From the human T2T-CHM13v2.0 reference genome, Homo sapiens, in assembly GCF_009914755.1 (NCBI RefSeq), contig NC_060932.1: a DNA stretch of 64,000 nt; one strand, 5' to 3'. Below are positions 56,321-64,000 of this stretch, piece after piece; within the stretch, counting starts at the first letter, position 1; each line of letters opens with the position of its first letter. A program made the translations under genes and the position numbers. The notes under the pieces are model-generated. The model worked only from the letters and a program-made list of their open reading frames with translations. It searched no databases and had not been told where the DNA came from.

Positions 56321-57019
56321 AGTAAAAATATGAAAACAGTGAAAGAAGGGAAGGAGGGAGGAGGAAACTATAACATTATGACCTAGTAATGTTTAGAAAA
56401 ACCACTCCACTGTCATCCCCTCTTCCATTAGGAAATCCAGGCTACTACGTTTTGGCCAAGGGATCCTGGGGGAAAAAAAGTTCACTGCTGAGACATATCT
56501 GTTTTTGGCTGGCGCTGACACAAATGCCTCTGACCCTAGGGTGAGATTCCATTCTGACACCAAATGGAAACAAGATAGGATGCAAAAATAGAAGTACAGT
56601 TAATGAAGCATGAGGAAGCCAGGCCATGCTCTCGGGCTTCTGTGTGATGAGAACTCTACTGTTTGCACGATACAGGCAGAGTCCAGCCCAGCCTGCCAGG
56701 AGGGGCATTGCTGGGGCTCTGGAAAGGTCTCCGATGGCTCATACAGGGAGCTAATGTTGTCAGCCACTTCATCTCCTGTTGCCTACCAAGACCTTGAGGC
56801 CACAGAGCAAGAAGATGCTCCTACAAAGTCAAGTAAGGGAGAGGCAGGGTGTTTTGCAAATCTGACTGTCTCTGAGCCTTAGAGATCCTTCTTCACACCC
56901 TCCCCCAGGCACTTAGCACTGGCTTTTTGTTTTTAACATATCCCAGGATAACTAGACATGGGACAGAAGAACTGATATAGTTGGAAGTTCCAGTTGACTT
57001 GAATGGATTGACTTTTGGC

Positions 57020-57200
57020 TAAAAACCATGAAATTAGAAGTGTCTTTTAGACCCTGACTGCCACTTCAAAACTATGTGATCTTGGGAAATGCCCTTCAGC
57101 TCCCTGAGCTCCCTGAAAACAACAGTTTTTAAAATATGCTATGTCCTGCCTATCTTATAAGAATGTAGTGAGGATCCGGTTAATGGATCAAGGCTTGTTT
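57020..57200 (+). mobile_element. MIR fragment
   Basis: ctgccacttcaaaactatgtgatcttgggaaatgccctt...gtgaggatc. Confidence 0.65.
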
Positions 57201-57439
57201 AGTGAACTTCAAGGACTATTCAAAACGGAGTTGCTATTACTCGATCTCTGTTCTTTCATGTACTTTGCAAATTTGTATCCAGACTCTGAACCCATCCATT
57301 CTGATTTCTCCCAGGCATCCTCAGAGACTGAGGAATCACAGTGAGGGTTACCCCCTCTGCTCCTGGAGCTTTTTTTCGTCACCACCGTTCATTGGCTACC
57401 AGCTCTGCTCTGGCCTGGTGCTAACTCTCAGGTGCTTGT

Positions 57440-57620
57440 TATTTTAGATGATAGCAGAAAACCGTCAGTGCAAGTTTTTGTTGTCATTGTTTCATTTAAC
57501 AGACGAAACTGAGATCGAGAAACGTAAATTCACGTTTTCAAGGTGACATGGCTGTAGAATGCAAGGTTGAAAATTAAACTCAGACTCTCTGCCTCTAAAA
57601 CATTGGTTGTTTCCAAAGAC
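57440..57620 (-). mobile_element. MIR fragment
   Basis: catttaacagacgaaactgagatcgagaaacgtaaat...caaggtgacatggct...aaactcagactctct. Confidence 0.7.
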
Positions 57621-58489
57621 CATGCAAGCATTCTTTTTATTACTGTATTTCCCACATAAAAGCTTTATCTAAAATTATGTAGGTGCTCAGAAAATGTTTA
57701 AGAATTTAACAGAATTGACCTTCACCTAGAAAATTTTGTCATGGTTCTGCAGAGAAGCAAAATGAGTTTTGCAGTGATAACATATTATCTCATAGAGGGA
57801 TTTTACAAGGATATACATTGAAAGTTTCTCCTTTCTTCATCACTTCTTGCATGTCCCTTTCCTTGCTAGTGTCTCTCCTCATCCGTTCATAAATCTTACT
57901 TCATTAATCACTGTCATTGCACCTTTGTTCTCTGAGAATTAAACTTGTGAACCCAGGGAAATGTGTTGGTCAGGTGAGCCTTCTTATTAGTCACCTGAAA
58001 GGGCTGTTGTGAGCATCATGAGTGTAAAACTGTTGGCCCAGTTCCTGGTGTTTTGTAAACACTCAATAAATAAAAGGTGGCAGTAGCTATAGACCCGCCC
58101 TGTTCTCTGTAGGGTTGCTTTCCATGTGGAAATGGCATCAGGATACAGACCAAACATTTTGGAGCCGCTGAATGATTAGTTTGGTTGTACTGGCTAAGAC
58201 GAAAGTCACAGTCAGAAGCAGAGCTCCAGGGAGAGAAGGAAGAAAAGGTTAGAGGCAGACTCTGAGTGCTGCCCCATGTGGGTTCACACTGCACATCAGA
58301 GAGAGCATCCTATTTCTCACTGACCCACAAGCAAAAAGAGAGGGAGACTTAAATGGTGGACTTTGTCTTATTTTTTCAGGTAACCAGTGCAAACTTGGTC
58401 CAGTGGGTTAGATCCTCCTAGTCCTGTGGGGGACTAAGAAAGAAGGAGATGGAGTGAAAGCAGAAGTACTACCCATACCTCAGTGTTCT

Positions 58490-58797
58490 CCCTCAGCATT
58501 TTCCCTAGGGCTTCACCTCCCCAGTACTTCAGCACGCTCTCCAGTATTTCAGCATCCTCCCCAGAAATTCAGCTCTAGCCTAGCACTTCAGCCACCTCTC
58601 CAGCACTTCAGCACCCTCCAGTAATTCAGCACCCTGGGGTTACTTAAGCCTATTTCCTTGTGCACATCTCCAGTATTTCAGCACAACCACCCCCGCACGC
58701 CACCGCCCTGCCATGGTACATTCCTCTACTCCTTCAGCATCCTTTCCAGCATTTCAGCATCCTTTCCAGCATTTCAGCATCATCCCCCAGTACTTCG
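58490..58797. repeat. Degenerate ~20-bp minisatellite (CCAGYAYTTCAGCAYCCTYY)
   Basis: About 10 recognisable units, e.g. ccagtacttcagcacgctct, ccagtatttcagcatcctcc, ccagcacttcagcaccct, ccagcatttcagcatccttt. Confidence 0.85.
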
Positions 58798-60204
58798 CAG
58801 AGTATGTGAGATTTGGGGAAAATCCCTCTTCTATTGGCCAAGGTGGTATGTGGGGAGGGGAAGAAAAGGAGTTCCCCTTAAAACAAAGAAAGTTTAATTT
58901 CAGAAAAAGAAACACCAAGTGAAGAAACACCAGGTGCACTATAGATGTTCAATAAATTCTAGCTATTATGATCCATTTCAAACTTACATTCCGGTGATTT
59001 ATGTCTCTTATCTCCCCTGCTTGACTTTAAGTGCCTGACAACAAGATGCATATATGATTTTTTTTTATTGCCTATAGGGCTTAGCACAGGGAAGGAGCTA
59101 AGTAAATATTTGTGTAATATGTAATGTTTCTCTGTGTGTGTGCATAATTATAAAGAACCAGTCATTGGTTTGTGACTCCTCACTAAATATGAGCTAAAAA
59201 ATGTTTAACAGAGTCCTGGCATTCTGCCTGCTGGTGGCAGGCATGAATAAATTCAGAATGATGGGCTTACAGACAAAACTTAAAATGACCAGAAATCCTG
59301 AGCCTTGATATTTATTTGCCACCAAAATTTCGTGTCAGGTTCAGGTAAGGTTTATTGAAAACTGTGTGTTAAATGTTATGTTGTTGAGGTCGTATGGTCC
59401 TTTCAGTTAGAAAATCTCTGCAAAGGAGATGTCATCACCTCGATCTTATAGATACGAAAACCCCTGAAGTTTAAAAAAGTGAAATAATTTGTCTAAGGTC
59501 ATGTACCTGGCACCGAATTGAGCTGACATGACAAATCCAGGCACGTGTATTTCCTGAGAAAGACTATGAGTTTGTTAAGTGTAGGGAATTTTCTTTTTCA
59601 TTTCAATAATAAAATAAATGAATACTTAAATATGATATATTAAATAATTATTTTCTATGAAAAGTAGAGTTTGTTAATTTTCCTGTAATAATTTTTATGG
59701 CTTCACTGCTTCATGGGTTAGTGTCACGAATTTGGGTGAGTATAAAACATTCATGTAATTATATTGACTGAAATGATGTGGGGCATTGACTAAGGTCTAG
59801 AAAACTTTTGGTAATATTTAAAAACTATATGACAGTGAGATGCAATATGTTTTCAACATGCCAGAAGAAAGATTAGAAGGAAAAGTGCCCCAGTTGGTCC
59901 TACTGAACTGATTTACGCTCTGGGTTTCGCCATACACATGTATCCTTGTCCAACACAGGAGACCATCTTCTTTGATCAGTTCCTGATTCAGTTTCTCCTC
60001 TGCGCACTCTGCCATGTTTTGTACCTCCGTCATAACCATTCACTGCATCCTGACTTACTGTATTCAAGCAAAATAGGATGCTTCCTAGACAATTACAGTT
60101 TTCTTAGGGAACATAAAGGCAATAAACATGAAATAGGGGCAAAACATGTAGCCAAGATGAAATGCAAAATTGTGGAAAGCAAATGTAAGGGATCCTGCAG
60201 TGCT

Positions 60205-60440
60205 GTGTGCTGAGAATCAAGGGTACAGGCTTTGATGCCAGACAGGCCCAGGCATAACCTTACCTTGCTCTACTTAGATGACCCGGAGAATTTGCTGAGG
60301 TGCTGGTTTTTTTTTTTTTCATTTGCATGATGGGTAAAATTATATATAATGAGCAAAGTGCTTGTTATGATAATATGAGCTCTTTACTTAAAAGTATCAA
60401 GCTCAGAGTTTGGTGCAAGGTAGGCACTAAAAAAGTACCA
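60205..60440 (+). mobile_element. MIR fragment
   Basis: aagggtacaggctttgatgccagacaggcccagg...tcatttgcatgatggg...ggtaggcactaaaaaag. Confidence 0.65.
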
Positions 60441-61043
60441 TAGTTCCTCACTGTTCTCTTTTCTTCTGCCCCCATTTTGAGGGAAAAAAGTCAATAGTCA
60501 AAAAGATTTCTTGAGTGGGAAATTTCAAGGAGGATGTTGGAATAGGTAGGGGACATTTAAGCTTAAGTTGTAAGAAGTTGGATATTTTGAGAACCTAGTG
60601 AGCTTATGAACACTAGAAATGTACTCATAGCTTCCTGTAATCTATTTTAGGAGCAATCAAAAATATTTTGAACCATGTCCTCTTCCACTTAGCTTAAGTA
60701 TGCAATGGAGTATAGTGTCTGCCTTTATTAATTCTAATAACTAGTCTCACTGTCCCAAGCCTACTAAATATTTGATTATATGATCCATCTAGTTTCTGTT
60801 CCTAGAACCGTGAGAAGTGGAGTGAGAGGAGAGCATTTTGTTTATCATTTAACTCTCAGAGACAGGAATAGGTGTATCCTTGTAAGTGAGAATGAAATCC
60901 TGAAGGCAGGGAGTAGGAAATATGGTGTGATTCAGTTCCTCATCTTGAAGAATATCTCCTAAGTTGGCTCTGAAAAGCTGTAGGTGTAATTCTAGCCCCT
61001 TGATAATTAGTATTGCCCTATCAGCAGAGGGTGGACATTATGC

Positions 61044-61068
61044 AAAAAAAAAAAAAAAAAAAAAAAAA
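61044..61068. repeat. Isolated A25 mononucleotide run
   Basis: Pure A-tract with no adjacent Alu or L1 body on its 5' side. Confidence 0.95.
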
Positions 61069-61109
61069 CTGGAGAAAATTAAATTGGATGTGGAGTGCCT
61101 CCTTTTCTT

Positions 61110-63620
61110 AAAAAAACAACTTTATTGAGGTGTTATTGATAGACAAAGAACTGCACATATTTCATATATACCATTTGATAAGTTTTAACCTTTGCAAAGA
61201 CTCATGATACCATTGCCACAACCTAGGTCATCGATATGTCCAACACATCCCTAAGTTTCCTTGTGTTTCTTTGATTTCGTTTTTTGTTTCTGTTTTTATT
61301 TTTTGTGGTTCCAACATTTAACATGAGGTCTACCCTCTTACGAAATTTTGAAGTGCATGATAACTGTATTAAGTATGGGCACTGTGCTGTGTAGCAGATT
61401 TCTTGAACTTACTCATCTAGCATAATTGAAACTATACCTATGGAACAACTCCTCTTTCACCCACTCCCACAGCCCCTGGCAATCACTATTGCATTATCTC
61501 CTTCTGGGAGTTTGACTAGTATAGATAACTCATATAAATTACATTGCACAGTATCTGCCTCTCTGTGACTAGCTTCATTTCACTTAGCATAATGTCCTCC
61601 AGGTTCATTCATGATGTTGCAAATAGCAGCATTTTTTAAAAATTTTAAAGGATGAATAGCATTGTGTTTATATATATATATATATATATGTATGTATATA
61701 AAATACTGTGTACACACATATATACATACTACACACACAGAGACACACTCTATCTCACACACAACACACTACATTTTCTTTATTCATTCATCCATTAATG
61801 AACACATAGGTTGATTCCATATCTTCACTATTGTGAATAATGCTGCAAAAAAAAAAAGTGGGAGTGCAGATGGTCTCTTCAAAATCCTAATTTCCATTAT
61901 TTTGTATATATACCCAGATGTAGGATTGTTGAATCACCTGATGGTCCTCTTTTTAATTTTTGAGGAACTTCCATATGGTTTTCCACAGCTTCTGTGCCAC
62001 TTTATGTTCCCATCAGCTGTGTACAAGGATTCTGACTTCACAACATTCTCAGTAATTCTTTTTTTGTTTAATTTTGGTAATAACCAGCCTGACAAGTGTT
62101 AGATGGTATGTCATTGCAGCTTTGATTTACATTTCCCTGTTAAATAATGATGTTGAACATATTTTCAAATACCTGTTGACCATTTGTATGTGTTCTTTGG
62201 AGAATTGAATTGTTGATTCAGTTCCCTTACCCACTTTTAAATAAGGTGATTATTAATAATATTAGATAAGGCTAATATTAATAATATTATTTTTGCTATG
62301 CAATTGTAGAAGTTTTTTATATATTATAGAAATTATCTTCTTCTAAAATATCTGATTTGCAAATATTTTTTCCCGCAGTATACAATGCCATTTTTTCTGT
62401 TTATTGTTTCCTTTCCTGTGCAGATGCTTTTTAGTTTGATGTAATCCCCATTCTCCATTTTTATTTTTGTTTCCTATGCCTTTCATGTCATATTCACTAA
62501 ACCATTGTCAAGGCCAATGTTAAGAAGCTTTCCTCCTATGTTTTCTACTAGAAGTTTTACAGTTTCAGGTCTTACATTTAAGTCTTTAATTCATTTTGAG
62601 CTGACATTTGTGTGCAGCGTTAAGTGTAAAAATTTATTTTTCTTGAATGTGAATGTCCTTTTTTTCCTGCACCATTTGTCAAAGAGGCTATTGTTTCCAG
62701 CTGACAAAGGTGTATTCCTGGCACCTCTGTTAAAGATCAGACCACATATGGGTGGATTTATTTCTGGGTTTTCTATCCTGTTTCATTGGCCTATCTGTCT
62801 ATGAAAATACCATATTGATTTAATTAGTGTAGCTTTGTAATCTATTTTGAAATCAGAAAGTGCAATGTTTCCAGCTTTGTTCTTCTTTTTCAAGATTACT
62901 TTGGATATTTTACATCTTTTGTGGTTGCATTTGAATTTTAGAATTGTTTTTACTATTTCTTTATAAAACATCATTGATATTTTGATGGTGATATTATTGA
63001 ATCTGTAGATCAGTTTGGATAGAATGAACATTTTAACCATATTATATCTTCCAATCCATGAACATAAGCATTCTTTTTATTTATTTCAGTCTCTTTTCTT
63101 TTATCATTGTCTTGTAATATTCAGGTTACAAATATTTCGCTTCCTGGGTTAAGTTTATTCCTATTTGATTCTTTTTGATGCCATTATAAATGGGATTTTC
63201 TTAATTCATAGGGGTTGATCTGTTGTTAGAGTGTAAAAATACAACTAACTTTTGTATATTGATTTTGTATCCTGCAATTATACTGAATTTATTTATTAGT
63301 TCTTGCAGCTTTTTAGTAGAGTCTTTATGGTTTTTTATGCATATGTTCTTGTCATCTGCAAACAGGGACATGTTGAGGTACACTCCTTTTCTACCTGATT
63401 TATTGAGCATTTTTTGTCATAAAAGGGTGTCAAATTCTGTTAAATACTGCATCTACTGAGAGATCATGTGATTTTTTTATCATTCATTCTGTTAATCTAG
63501 TGTATCACATTTATTGATCTGCATTTGTTGAAACATGCTTGCATCTCAGAGATATTTATTAAGCTGTTGAATTGAATTTTTGAGTATTTTATTGAGTACT
63601 TTTGCACCTATGTTCCTCAT
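61110..63620 (-). mobile_element. L1MA (L1MA7-9-like) 3' UTR plus ORF2 3' half, with internal deletions and a TA/CA microsatellite at ~61668-61770
   Basis: caactttattgaggtg...; minus-strand ORF2 remnants SLFADDK..KNHKDSTKKLQELINKFS..GYKINIQK (63201-63410) and KSKVILKKKNKAGNIALSDFKIDYKAT-type text (62783-63040). Confidence 0.88.
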
Positions 63621-63925
63621 ATCTTGAGACTAGTGAAAACAAAGCTTAAGGAACTTATGAGATGCATAAGTTGCAGCTTTGATTTACATTTCCCTGTTAA
63701 CTAATGATGTTGAACATCTTTTAATATGACTAGGATGCAGTCTCAAGGACATAGAAAAAGAAGAAACTAAGCTCAATGTTAACAGAAGGAAGTAAATAAT
63801 AAAGATTAGAGCAGAAATAAATGAGATAGAGACAAGGAAAACAATAGAAAAAAATCAGTAAAACCAAGAGTTGTTTTCTGAAAAATAAAAAGGACAAAAC
63901 TTTAGCTAGACTAACTGAGAAAATG
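63620..63925 (+). mobile_element. Sense-strand L1 ORF2 segment, probably the inverted 5' arm of the adjacent L1MA
   Basis: ctcaaggacatagaaaaagaagaa...aaataataaagattagagcagaaataaatgagatagagac...gacaaaactttagctagactaac. Confidence 0.75.
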
Positions 63926-64000
63926 AAATGGCATCTGTCTCTTGAAAGAAGCTTCAAGCTTTAGAAGAAAGAAGCAAGCAAAAGATATAGAAAGCTGCTC

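Noticed and set aside
58490-58797. Regularly spaced repeats as a CRISPR-like array
   Set aside because: The units are contiguous and degenerate with no unique spacers, there are no cas genes, and the context is mammalian.
61021-61036. CTCF-like motif TCAGCAGAGGGTGG
   Set aside because: It mismatches key consensus positions (initial CC and the GGC cytosine), so it is too weak to call without ChIP data.

Overview
This window is repeat-dense primate (almost certainly human) non-coding DNA, either intergenic or deep intronic. I could not place it on a chromosome. I found no host protein-coding exon, RNA gene, CpG island or CRISPR array. Every ORF in the track that looks like a real protein is a LINE-1 ORF1/ORF2 remnant or an Alu/LTR/microsatellite artefact. 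The main contents are seven Alus (four AluY-type, one AluS, two AluJ) and a full-length ~8.2-kb L1PA16/17-type locus carrying two nested insertions. There are also several truncated or rearranged L1s, four same-strand THE1 solo LTRs within 9 kb, MST/MLT1/MLT2/LTR16/LTR27-type solo LTRs, MER20/MER58A/MER46C/Tigger13a-like DNA transposon relics, and many old MIR and L2 fragments. I see no evidence for a new gene system. The best-supported oddities are footprints of insertion and repair mechanisms: an AluY with a clean 5' inversion between perfect target-site duplications (13706-13989), a twin-primed L1PA with a very short 3' arm and a large missing segment (9844-10824), and a near-identical 47-bp templated copy beside an L1MA inversion/deletion junction (62114 to 63671). 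A few repeat-free islands carry PBX/HOX/MEIS/FOX/nuclear-receptor motif clusters and are candidate enhancers. Subfamily names come from remembered consensus sequences and need RepeatMasker/Dfam confirmation. Boundaries of old repeats are approximate.
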